A stretch of DNA of 64,000 nt, taken from NCBI GenBank assembly GCA_013265495.1, contig MU058584.1, positions 7,406,407 to 7,470,406 on the forward strand. Reading direction: 5' to 3'. The DNA comes from Vicugna vicugna. Lineage: Eukaryota. This document shows positions 51,400 to 63,738 of this stretch, piece after piece. Within the stretch, counting starts at the first letter, position 1. Each line of letters starts with the position of its first letter. The translations under genes were made by a program, and so were the position numbers. The notes under the pieces were generated by a model. The model was not told the DNA's origin and searched no databases. It saw only the letters and a list, made by a program, of their open reading frames with translations.

Positions 51400-53760
51400 A
51401 AAAACTAATTCTAGTTACGTTGTCTCTCTCATTCAATTACCTTGACCTTCTTTCCGCTTCACACCCTCATTTTCCCACAGGTAATTCAGCCTATTCTCTT
51501 ATCAAGAGAAATGGAAAAATCAAGTATAACCCTCCTACACTTTCTACCCTGTCCTCTCATTGGACCTGCATCTGCCCTCACTCTCCCAGCCTCCCAGGCT
51601 CCCAGGCTCCCAGGATGAGGCAGCCCCGTTCCTGTTCAGGGAGTCTCTTTCCCACACTCGTCATCTCACCCACTCTGGTCTTCTATGTCCTTGTATCATT
51701 CTTCATATATCACCAAACTATTACTCTGGACTATTATTTCTCCTCAAGCAATAAATATGCTCAATTCTTTCCCATACCCCCTCCCCATCAATCTCCAAAC
51801 CAAAAAAAACAGCAGCAGCAACAGAAACAACACTACAAAACACCTCCTTTGACCCTGGGTCTATTCTGGTTTTAACTGGCTTTCATCCTCCTCTGCAAAG
51901 AGCTCTCTTTATTCATTGTCTGCATTTTTTCACTTCCCATTGACTTTTCAACCCAACGGACTCTGACTTATCCCCCCACCTCACTGCAGCTGGCATAGCT
52001 GAAGACACTGTGGCGTCTGCATTATACTTTTCATGTCTCTTTCTGTGCTGAATCTGACACTCCCAGCCACACACTTCTTGAAGTTCATCTTGCCTTTGGC
52101 TTCCGTAATCTTGCTCTTATTTCTCTGACATTCCTTTTCAGGCTCTTTTCTGACCACCTCTTAAATGTTGGTATTTCCCCAGAATTCCACTGTGAGCCAC
52201 TGCTATTTCACTGAAGTTTTAACTGTCGCCGCTGTCTGTATGCTGATGACTTGTGAGCCTACGTGTCCACACCTAACATCCCCATTTTTCTTCAGAGGTC
52301 AGGTCACGACCACCTGTGTTTCCCCACAGGAACCTCAGGTTCAACATGGCCTTGGCTGAATTAATGAACTTCCCTGCTTTCCAAAACTCAGTTCTCTTCC
52401 TCTGTTCCTTCTGATTTGGTAGGCCCATGACTTTCAGAATCATTCTAGAACAGCACAGTGTCCAATAAAAATATAATGCAAGCTACATATATAATACAAA
52501 ATTTTTCTGGTAACCACATTAAAAAATACAGTGAAGCAGGTGAAATGACTATTAAGAATAGATTTTATTTATCCTGATAGGTCTTAAAATATTAGCATTT
52601 CAACATGTGGTACATTTTAAAACATTTAATGGGATATTTTACATTTCTTTTGTGCTAGGTTTTCAGAATTCAGCGTCCTTTTGGCATTCATCACACATCT
52701 GAATTACAAGTAGTCACTAGGGCTCGATAACCATGTGTGGCTGGAGGCCCCTGTGCAGTGTAGTTCTGGAGTCCTTGCCTTCACTAGTCCCCCTCTCATC
52801 CAGGCATAAGTCCTATGGATTTTATCTCCTAGGTGTTTCTCCAGTTAAGTTTATTTGTTTTCATGTTTTCTACATCATGGCTTTACTTCACACCTCAGTC
52901 ATTTCTCACTCGGATTATTGCAGTAGCTTGCATAACCTAGTTTGTCTCAGGGAGCAGGTAAAATTCACTGGGATTCCGGATGCTATAGCAGCACATATAC
53001 ATATGTATTTTTATCTAGAGAATAAGAAAACAGTTAAAATTTATTTTATATATATATATAGAGAGAGAGATGACAGCACACTCACTCTGTATCACAGAGA
53101 AGTCAGTAATAAGGTTATAAATGTAACAAATAAAATACATTTCACCCAGAGAATAAAAAACTTAGAATATTATGTATTTCACCTAAAATATTATTTATTT
53201 ATGTCATACTTTGAATTTTTTCTGTGTATTCCTAGATGTACACAGCCTACTAAGACGGTCATATAAGCTTAAAAATAGATTTATATGTGTACTTGAAATT
53301 TAGTTTGGTACTGCCAAACGTTACCATTAACATTTGGGGTTTTACTGAACTGGATCCCCTCTGACTTTACTCCACTTGCCTCTCCAGCCTCAGCTTCTTC
53401 ATCCCACGTCACATTTTCTGTATGAGTGGCTCTTTCCTATTGTGTTCTTGTTTGTCCTTCTTTATGGAAAACAAACAGGCAAACAGACTACTTCCTGATG
53501 TGACTCTCATTCTCTTCCAGGCTCTTCTGAGCTATCTCTCTTCCAGGACAGCCCATCAGCTTTTCCTCAGCTGTGTCAAGTGCTCCCTCCCTTGCTGAGC
53601 ATATATCTCTTACTACACTATTATGTGGAAATTACCTCTTTATGGATCTTCATTCCCTGGAAAACCATAAAATTCTTGAGGGCAGGGATGTGGCATTATC
53701 ATGTTTTTTCATTGTGACATATGATAAATTCTTAAGAAATGCTTGTTGAACTAAATTCAT
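51400..53760 (+). mobile_element. Fragmented L2 split by MER33 and a second DNA-element-like insert
   Basis: C/T-rich L2 motifs; tail cttgagggcagggat...gcttgttgaac. Confidence 0.55.
52450..52765. mobile_element. MER33-like hAT-Charlie DNA transposon
   Basis: gtgtccaataaaaatataatgcaagctacata...gctcgataaccatgtgtggct. Confidence 0.75.
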
Positions 53761-54063
53761 GGCTCTCCTTAATGAAGCCAGCCTGTTCTATCGTTCTGTG
53801 AAAGAGTAATTTTTCTTGTTGCAATTTGTGGAGTATCTGGATAAGTATTTCCTCTTATCCAGAGATACCTGATAAAATGAAATAGTAAATGTGCGTTCAT
53901 TGAGTACTGTGATTAGTATGCTATTGGTAAGCCCTGGTAGGGCAGGTGACAATCTTACTGGGAAATAACCAGTTTCTTCTTATTAAAAATTAGATGCGAT
54001 CATTTGCTCTAAGGCGAATGAAGTTTTGATTGTATGTATGTGTATATGTATATGTATGCATGT

Positions 54064-54253
54064 AGCTGGTCTTCAAACTTCAGAATGAGTAAGAGTTACC
54101 TTGAGACATGTTAAAATGTGAATTCCTGGATTCCATATATACCTATTCTGATTCATTTAGACTTACTTGTAGGTAGCCCAAGAATTTGTGTTGTTAGAAA
54201 GCATCACAATGATTATAATAAAAGTGGTAGAAACCATACTTTGAGAAGTATTG
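54064..54253. mobile_element. MER5-like hAT-Charlie DNA transposon
   Basis: ggtcttcaaacttcag...ccatactttgagaagtattg terminal inverted motifs. Confidence 0.6.
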
Positions 54254-55585
54254 TGTCCTTCTTCCTGAAGTAGAGTATAAGAAGGAGAAATTTTGAAAAA
54301 TGGAGAGAACTGCTTTAGTTTGGACCTGAATGAGGTTCTGTGTGTGTGTGGGGGTCTCTAAAAGTTGTAGAGTTAAAAAAGGAGAATGGGCACTTGGGAG
54401 ATGCTGAAACAGGCAATCAAAGGTGGCCGGGACTGGGAGTGTGGGAAGAGGCTTGGAAGATCACAGTGACCTTGGCTTATTTCACACTTTTCCGTAGAAT
54501 TGACTTTCCCTCTTCAACTAGAGGACTTAAGAAATAAAATATAAATATGAAAAGATTATAAATATGAAACTCTAATTATTAGGATATTTTCATTTTCCCT
54601 TAGGAACTGACACATTAGCCATTCAATAAGTAATTTTAAAAAATATTTCAGTATCTCTAGGATAATGAACGATTTAGATGTAAGATAGTTTTTGACATTT
54701 AGAAGAATATCATACAATTCCATATAGTATTTCATTTCTGTGACAACTTATCTAGCATAGAGGAGATGGTGAATTATGCCATATGGAAAACAGCATTTAA
54801 CATTACAACAACTGTGAGAAAAAAATAGATTTTCATGTAAATTCCATTTATAAATAACTTCTGTCAAGTCTGTAGTCCACGTTGTTAATGTTTTAAAATT
54901 TAAAGGCTATTTAAAGATTTTTATGAAAATTCTACATATTTTGCAGCTTGGCAAATAACAACCAGAAGTAGATGGATAGAGCTAGACTCTTCAAAAGCCC
55001 CAAAGTTTTAATTTTAGCTTATTGTTTTAGCTTTCTCCCGTATTCAGCCTTATTTGAGTTGTTAACAGGAATTAACTGGTTGGCTTGAGTTTTTTCTTTT
55101 CACCATTTGGTGGCCAGTCTCTGGTGGAAATCCTAATGAGTTGCAAACCAGGCAAACAAATGAGCCAGTGGGCTGGAAGGGGATAAGAGACAGTGGGCAT
55201 GGAGAGTCTATTGTTGTTCATCCAATCAACTAAATATATTTTAATTGTAGCAGCAGTGCCATAAATAGGCCTGGCACAAGCCTATTTGTCTGCCTTACTG
55301 TATTTGTCTGTTTCAGTCGGTCTGTTTCAGTTGCTCTATTTCCACCATCCATGCAAGTTCGCGGTTATGATTTTGTTCATTTGACGGGAGAGACTTCCCG
55401 CTGGTTATCTGTGCTCTTGCAAGATACATTATTTTGAGTAGTTTAATAGAGGTTGTGCTTCAAGGGAACAATTCTGTTCTTATTGTAACTTGTATCTTGT
55501 TTTTAACTTCACTTAGCGTGAGACCTGTGTTCCCCGTTGGCGCATGTTAAACTGAACGTCTCTACTGGTCTGTGCTCTCTTGAAG

Positions 55586-55699
55586 GTGATTCGAAAAGGG
55601 TGGCTCACCATCAGCAACATCGGCATCATGAAAGGAGGCTCGAAGGGGTACTGGTTCGTCCTGACCGCTGAAAGCTTGTCCTGGTACAAGGACGATGAG
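55586..55699 (+). CDS. DNM3: DNM3 coding exon (~exon 14), 114 nt, [38 protein letters not shown], start of PH domain
   Basis: Acceptor ctctcttgaag| and donor GAG|gtgagc, phase 0/0; canonical dynamin PH N-terminus with the variable loop IGIMKGG. Confidence 0.97.
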
Positions 55700-57149
55700 G
55701 TGAGCCGCAGAGGGTGACAGAGTTGTTTTTAATTAAAGTGCTTCTATTTCAAATTAACTAATATTGTGATATACAGTTTTGAGACATTAGTGGTCATCTT
55801 TCAGTAAAGACTTAGCTTTGGTGATGTTTGTTCCAAGAACAACATCCTCATAGATTTAAAAATTTTATAATATTCCCATCAAGTTTCTTTTATTTCTTTG
55901 ATATAGCCACATATTTGTTTACCTGAAGAAATGGAGTCAGGGATCCATTCCTTCGTTGTAATAATGGCAAGCTACTGGTCTAGTTAAAGCGATTTTCATT
56001 AAATAATATGTTGAAAATACTCAAAGTAATAGAGCAAAATTAATAGTGGTGATACAGAGTTATTAAAGCTTTTGGGGATTGTTGCTGTGACTTCGGTCTC
56101 AAATGACAGGCTTTTGAAAATGTCCAAATCACTGGTCTTCAAGTGAGTCCCAGATAATTGTTTATATGAATTTTTTTCTTTGAGAATTTGATAGCTATGT
56201 AAAAGCATGAATTATGATAATTATGGTGTTCTGGTTCATGTTAGATGTTAATAATTTTAGTCCTGTGACTTATTACTCATTTAAACTTGATACTTAGAAA
56301 AGCATAAAAAAAATCATACTAGTCTTACAGAGCTATTGAAGTGCTATAAAGTGTTACTGGTAAATTTGAGAGGGCCTCGATGGAAATTAAGCAGTGTTTT
56401 GGAAATTTTAATAGCTCTGGTCTGACCAGAGAAGTTTTTGGTGCTTATAATGCAGTGTACAAACGTTGACTAAGAGTACTCTGTGATAGCAAAACTATTT
56501 ACAGGTGAGATTGTTTCAGTTTTGTTTGACTATACAGGGTATGCATTTGAGGGTTAAAAGTCCTTCCAATCTTGGCTTGGTGTCTTTTGGAAGCACTGCA
56601 AGGTACCTTTGTCAGTTGTTGGAGGAAAAGCTTCACGTCCTGCATAGTTCTGTTTGCTAAGTGCTTTGTGCGCAGTGGTGTGTTGAATAAATACCAGTTG
56701 ATCCGTTGATGGTCACTAAGATTTCTGCAGTAAAGGAAACCAAGTCTTATAGAAATGCCCAAAGAAAATTTCTACTCAAATGCTTTATTTCAAATTTTTA
56801 TGTCTCATATTTTACTGACTTCTGTCAAACATGGAATTGGTCATTGTGAGAATCCGAGGATTAGCAGTAGTTTCTTTCCTGTGCTGGCTGCGTAGACACC
56901 CTGTCATTCTCTGGAAGCTCCTGTGTTTAGAGCCCATGGCTTCAGGAGCTCTGAGATGCCTTCCAAAATATAAAAATCAGTAACTTATCTTCTTTTGTGT
57001 TCAATTGCCCTACTAGATCTTCTGATAGATGTATTTTGTTTTCAAGGATTTAAATGGTCATTTATGTACTGGTCTTGGGGCCTTTCTCAGTTATTCTAGG
57101 GAAAGCAAGGTTTTTGCTGAGGAATCATATTAATAAAACTAGTGTTTTA

Positions 57150-57410
57150 TATTTATTACTTAACTCATTTAATCCACATTACAACCCTAAGGATAGGTGC
57201 TATTATTATTGCATTTTTCAGAAGAGTAAATGAAGAGAAAAAACACACAACCTTTTGAAAAGCCTTTTCTATAGGACTCCGTGTCCTAGATGGCAGAACA
57301 TTTGGCGCTGGTGAGGATAACTAACTTGCCACGGTCACACAGCTGGTTGGTGGCAAAGCGGACACTTGAAGCCAAGCTGTCTGACTCCAGAGCTTATGCC
57401 TTCAACCACG
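57150..57410 (-). mobile_element. MIR SINE with ~80-nt insertion
   Basis: taactcatttaatcc...acaaccct / aacttgccacggtcacacagct...tgtctgactccagagc. Confidence 0.7.
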
Positions 57411-57999
57411 CATGGAGGCAAGAATCTCTGAGATGCTGGGATTTTCCAGATCACCTTCATTCCACAGAGGATATATTAAGATGAGTTCCAGGCATCACAG
57501 CATTGACTTTTCCCTAGGTGTTAATATCAGGGCTGTGAAGAGTCTGGGATTAGCTACTGCTGTTGGAATACATCTGTAGGATTTTTTTTGTTTGGCTGCA
57601 TGGGTACTGAAACAAGCCCGCTGGAAAACACCTGATGCTCCTGGTAGGGAAGGAAGAGACTTTGAGAGCTTGGTGAGGTCATGGTCGCTGGCCATCTGCT
57701 CCCCACTATAAACTGAGAATAACTTTTTACAAATTCTCTGCTCTGAAGCTCCCTCATGAGCACTTGATGACAACAAATAGAAAATACATGTGGGCAGTTG
57801 AAATATTAACTGAGTGCCAGAGAACATTTTGTGAAATGTATGTGTGTGGACGGTGGTTGGATGTGTGTGTGTGGTGGGTGGGGAAGGATAAGAATGACCC
57901 TTGAAATAAACTGGAGTGATTTAGATGAAGAAAGTTTAGAAAAGGGTGGTTTTCTTAGTTTAGGTCATTTTAAGAAAGAGTAAATGACAGACAAATTGG

Positions 58000-58540
58000 C
58001 TGCTCCATGGAGAGAAAAATCAGACTGATACAATATCAGATATCAAGTGCTCTGAAGAAAATAGGTCAGTGAGCTAGAAATTGTTGGGGGAGGGACCTTT
58101 GGATTGGGTGTTTGGGAGGAAGTAACATTGCAGCAGAGCCTGGAATGATGAATTGTGTGGAAGATTTAGTTGAAGAACATTCCAGAGTGGGCATATTAAA
58201 CCCGCCAGGGTGGGAGTGGGCAGGCAGCCTGTGGCTGAGATGTAGGAGCCCTGGGAGAGAGAAGTAGGAAATAAAATCAGAGGTATCGGTGGGTGGGGCT
58301 TGACAAGGCCCCACCCAATGATTTGGATTTTACTCCAAGGATAGTGGAAAACCATTGGCCTATTTCAGCAGGATGTGACATGATTAGATTTGTGTTTTAG
58401 GTAGATCCCTCTGGCTGCTCGGTTGGGCATGCTGGGTGGGCTAGAATGTGTGTGGATGGAGTGCGGTGGCAAGAACAGAAGCAGGGAGACCAGCTGTATC
58501 AGCGGTCTGGGCAAGAGAAGATGGTGGCCAAAGAGGAGCA
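58000..58540 (-). mobile_element. L2 fragment
   Basis: atttggattttactccaagg, gacatgattagatttgtgtttt. Confidence 0.6.
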
Positions 58541-61539
58541 CTCCAGTTCAGGGTAGCAAATTGATGTATCACATACAGCTACACTGTAGACATTCACTAC
58601 TGTTACTTAAGAAAAACACTGCTCAAGAAACCAGAAAGGAAATTTTCCAAATATTAATGCCTAACTCGTGACCCCTGTCTTCAAAGTATTTGTGTCAGTG
58701 GGGCAGAACCTTTTTCTCCTGGAGCCATCCTCATTCATTCCCACCTTACCACCCCTTGACCACCACCACTGTGGTTCTCCACCCTGCTCTGTTTCTCTTG
58801 CCAGGACTTCCTCCCACCACAGATCACTTCTGAGCCTGCTGGCTGGGCAAAAGGGAAGGGTCAGCACTGTTTCTTGCTCTTTACCAATATTCAGCAAATA
58901 GTTATCTGCATCTCCAGGGGGCTGAGGCTGGAAGGGAGGGTATGGGGAAAGGAGGTCAGGGGAAATGTCAGGGGGGTGGGTCTCTGAGGTAGTGAGCAGT
59001 CTCTGGCCTCTTGACTTTGTACCCTGAACACCCATCCTTTAGCAGCAACGTTTTAAATGATGCTTAGATTTCACAGAGGTCTTGCTGCCGTAGTTTAACT
59101 ACCTATGGATTGAAATGCTTCTGTGGGCTGTGTCGAAAACCCCAACTTTCCAATTTTCCTTTGGGAAGATAAGCCTGAGTTCTTACTCAACTTTTGGAGT
59201 CAGTTTGTTGGTAAGTTGAGTGCTTGTACTTTGTCCCCAAGGTATCTTGTCACATCAGCACCTACATACTTGGGAAACCCTGTTACCTGGCAGTGTATCT
59301 CCTTTTAGCCGAGGAAATGTGGCACAGCACATATTATTGTTAGTTAAAGATTTATTCATTTATTTAATAATAAATTTATATTTGAATTTTCATAGAGGAT
59401 TATCATTTGTTTCTGTGTTCTCTCATCTCCCTGCTTTCTTGTGTAATTAGACTGGTATGCTTCCATTACAATCGATTTGGCTGTTGAATAAAGAGCATAT
59501 TATGTCATATGAATAGGTATGATTTTATTTAACTTATGATAGGTTTGTAATAAATAGAAATGATTTATGAAATATATCTTTGGTTAAAGAACAATGTTTT
59601 GAACTGTTTTCAGGATGACATTAATTGAGCAAAAGATCCTATAGACCATATGCTTAATGCAGTGAAAAGGGTGAGGTGCTGGAGGGTGTGAATTTGCTAC
59701 GGCTGACTGCCAGTGTTGGAACAAGTCAGACTTCTCTGAGTCTCAGTCTTCACCTATCAAAAGGGGACTGTTGCTGACCAAATCACCTCAAAGGGAGTTT
59801 GTAGAAATCATATTTTATTAAGTGCATTTATAAACTTTTAGTTGTCACACTTCTATGTTTATTCTCACCATTGCAAGTAATATTAGACCCTCCTACTGTA
59901 GTGTATTGTTTGACTCATACGTTTTCTAATTTCCAGTTTTGTTGTTCTTGTTGTTGTTGTTGTTGTTCCATATTATGAGATAGGATGTATGGGATCTGGG
60001 ATTTTTTTTTTTTAGCAGAGAATGATAAGATTCAGATGGTAAGAGGGAATTCAGATCCCAGTCCTTCAGTGAGACTTTTCCATGCCGCCTCCCGTCCAGC
60101 CTGTGGGTTAGAGATGATGATAACCGAAAATGTGATTTCCTCTCCAAGCTGGCAGAGGCAGTAGCATAAATAACCTGTGTAACAGTTTTAACCTAGAGTT
60201 GGCATGATGGTAATAGTAAGTTCCCAGCATTTTTCCTGCTTTCTCCCCATCGTTAATGGATCTGTCTACCCTACCCTTAAATTTGAGATGGATTCATGAG
60301 CACCCTCAAGCAACTATGGACTGCACTTTTTGAACCATTATTCAACATTGCAATAATAATAGTTATAACGTTACTGAGAGAAGATCTTAATAGAAAGATT
60401 TCCCCCTGTGTCCCAAACAGTGTTATTTTCATGTGTTATCTTCAGCGAATCTGTATAATACAGTGTGGTTATGGTAAACATAATTAATCTACTTGACTGT
60501 ATGTTATCTTCTAGTACTACTCTCAAATTGGGGTTTCTGCAACTTGAAAAGAAATAGACCATTTTTTATAGGATTAGATAGTTTATAACGAATGAACAAT
60601 GGAATTTGCCCAAACCTGGCTGTCCTTCTCAGTCATACTCCAGTACCCTAGACTCTGAAATTCCCTACACAGTGACCCAGAACGCATTTCTGGGGGTTAC
60701 ACAGACCTCTTCCTGGGTTAAATCCCAAGGGCTTTCTGTCATTGTGCATACCCCAAGTCAGAGAAGCGCTGTTTATGGGGATGAGGGCAGAGCTTGGACA
60801 CGCAGGCTTGTGTGTCCACGTAGATCCCCCAGGATCTTAGATGGGTGATACTTAGCTCTTTTGATTTCTATCAAAATAATAACATAGGGATATTTGTAGT
60901 ACTTACCTTTACCAAGAATTTGAGGAAGCAATACCGTAATTCAAACAACCTCAAACAGAATATCAGATAACCCTCTGCACAGCAGTCTTTAACCAGTGGA
61001 CACTCCACTTGGGGGTGTCATTGGCAGTACTATCCTTGTGCTGGTACGTTTCCTTCTCTCTGTCTGTCTCTTCCCGTTCCCATCTCTCCCCTCAGTGCTG
61101 TCAGTCTGGATTGCCCCAGACTCAAGGTGTTTCCTCATTCTGTTGTGTACATCCACTCAGCTCTTCTCAGCATCTAGTCCTGCTTCACTGCAGGCTCACC
61201 TTGTATATCCAAACTAGTCTGAACGCTCAGCCAGACCAAATGGACTTCCAGTTAACAAGACGCTCCCTAGTTCTACAGGAATTGTGGTTGTGAAAAGTAT
61301 CTCTGCTGTTCACTCTACCTGCTTAAGCTCATGAAGGCCAGCTGGATGATGATAGTCTTGATGATGATCATCATCATAATGGTTAACATTTATTGAGTGT
61401 TTATAGTTTACAAGGCACTGAACTAAGTCAGTACTTTATGTTCTCCATTTTAGAAATGAAGATGGAAACTCAAAGAGAATGAGTAATTTAGCCAGCTGCT
61501 AAGTGTCAGTGCTGTGCTATTAATCATCTGAACATATCC

Positions 61540-62110
61540 CAGCAAAGATTTTCTGAGCACCTGTTATGTACCGGAACTATCCTAGACATTAAGGATAAAA
61601 TGGTTAGCAAGGTACCTGCCTGCTTATGAAGGATATTTCCCAATAAAGAAAACATAAACAATCAAGAACACCTGTAAGATTCAGATTACAAACTATGAAG
61701 AAAATAAATCCAGTGATGTGTTTGACTTCAGGAGTGTCTGGGTTGGGAATCACAGCGGGGGTGGGGGGGACGTTACATTGAACAGTCAGAGAAGGCTCCT
61801 GTTAATGCCTAAGGCAAGACTGAGCCTGATGAATTTAAGAAACTGAGTTTAGGCCGTTGTGACTGGAACAAAGAAAAGGACTCAATACAGATTAAGGATT
61901 TTTATCCTAAGAACAGCGAGAAGCCTTTTGAGTTTTTTAAGCTGGAGTGTCACGTAATAAGATCTGAAATTTTTACAGATCCTTTTGATTGCCTTATAGA
62001 GAATGGATTGGAGGAGGACAAAACTGGATTGGGGAGTTGTTAGAAAGCTATTGCTGTGGTATCTGTAGCTTGGTCTGGGGTGGTTGAGGGAATTTGATAG
62101 AAATGGATGA
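61540..62110 (-). mobile_element. L2 fragments
   Basis: ctgagcacctgttatgtacc, ggatttttatcctaagaacagcgagaagcc. Confidence 0.55.
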
Positions 62111-62658
62111 ATTTAAGAGATTTTTTTTTCGAAAGGTGAAATTTGACGTAACTCATCTGTAAGCTTCTTGAGACTATGAGCCATTGTCTCGTTCCATGTT
62201 CTATCACCAGCAGACATGGCACTGATAAGTGGCGCTAAGTAACTATTGCTTGAGTGAAGATGTGATTAAGCAAATAAATAGGTAAATTCGGTGTAATAAT
62301 TCATCATGTCCTGGTATCTCAAGTGCTAAACCAAATTATTGAATTACAGGGTAAAATTACCATTAGAGATAGATTATCTTAAAATTTTCTTAATTTTCAT
62401 CATTGAAGATTAATGGATTCTTTTTTCCCCCTCCGATTATATAGCTTCCTGGATTGAAGATAGTTTAAGTAGAAAATAAATTCCCCAATGTCATTTTCAT
62501 ACATGGTAAATGTATTTTGCACAGTTATTGGGAGGCACTTAGGAAAAGGCAAGGCATTGGAATAAAATAGAAACTATCATTTCAAAAGGATTTTGGATTT
62601 AGATTTTTTACATTAATACTTTAAAGTCAGAGTTGGAAAAAAAAAAGAAATGATGGCT

Positions 62659-62664
62659 TTTATT
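62659..62664 (-). terminator. Candidate minus-strand polyadenylation signal
   Basis: Minus strand reads AATAAAagccatcatttcTTTTTTTTTTcc. Confidence 0.4.
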
Positions 62665-63704
62665 TAAAATATTCCAAAATAAAAAATTTTAAAGAATAGA
62701 ATGTTTTGATTCAAGGAGAAAAGAGCCTTCTTTTTCTTAATAGCAATGAGAAATGTGTAAATGATCATTTAAAATCTCTGAAAAACAGAGGACTGCTAGT
62801 TTATGTATAATAATAGCACACAGCCAACATTTGTTTCGTTTCTATAGTCCAACACGAAGATTAAAATCATAATGGACTACTCCTAGGAAAGTAGGGTGAT
62901 TTGACAGAAGCGTTTCCAGTGGAAATGTACAAACCTTACAGTAGTGAAGAAAATCCAAAATCTGCATTGAAATAAGGACATTCTTTGGACTCTTAAAAAA
63001 TTACAGGCCTCATTTTTGTGGGTTGAAGTGTTTGGATAGCTTGATAAGGAGATTATATAATTCCCTTATAGGGATATTTACTTAGTATTGTTTTTATTAT
63101 GTGGCTGCAACAGATGACAAATGTAACTTCGGTAATAGGAAACAAAATGACAGCTACATCCCAGAATGGCCAAAGTTGTGAGACTGAGAAGTTATAGAAA
63201 TCTTCAACTCTGTCCATTTTCACTCATACTCTCAAGATTCCATTTCCTGGGATGAGGTCATGATTGACCCTGTGAACACTAGTCACACTCCTCGCTGAGT
63301 TGTTTAGTTAGCCAAAACTTAGATTTTTTTAATTAAAAAAAAAGTCCCAATAAATATTAAACTTTAAAACATTTATATTACTTAAAATTCTTCATGATGA
63401 TAGTTGTGCATGTGTTTTTTCATATGCATAAGCTATCTTATGCTTTTTAATGTGGGATTAGTTTCATATAAACACTTCCACATTCTGGCATTATCCAAAG
63501 ATTTATAATTTAGAAAAATAGATGATATTATTCAAAAAACCATAATGGTAAATGCTACTTCAAATTTATTAAAAATACTTATAGATTCAAACCTACTCCC
63601 TCATAAGTATTATTTGTTGTACTCAAAAGTTTGTACTGGAAGAAAAATATTATGCTTTATATTACCTTTTCCTGGAAGAGTAAAATTTTAAAATGTGCCT
63701 CATA

Positions 63705-63738
63705 CATACACACACACACACACACACACGCACGCACA
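63705..63738. repeat. (CA)n microsatellite
   Basis: Direct inspection. Confidence 0.9.

Noticed and set aside
50310..51445. Cluster of ORFs, some L1 ORF2-like
   Set aside because: Frameshifted remnants of an old L1; not intact.
52733..53266. 177-aa ORF
   Set aside because: Spans MER33, L2 and an AT-rich insert; chance ORF.
58917..58980. G-quadruplex-like G runs (also ~28146 and ~61757)
   Set aside because: Irregular loops, common in mammalian introns, no supporting context.
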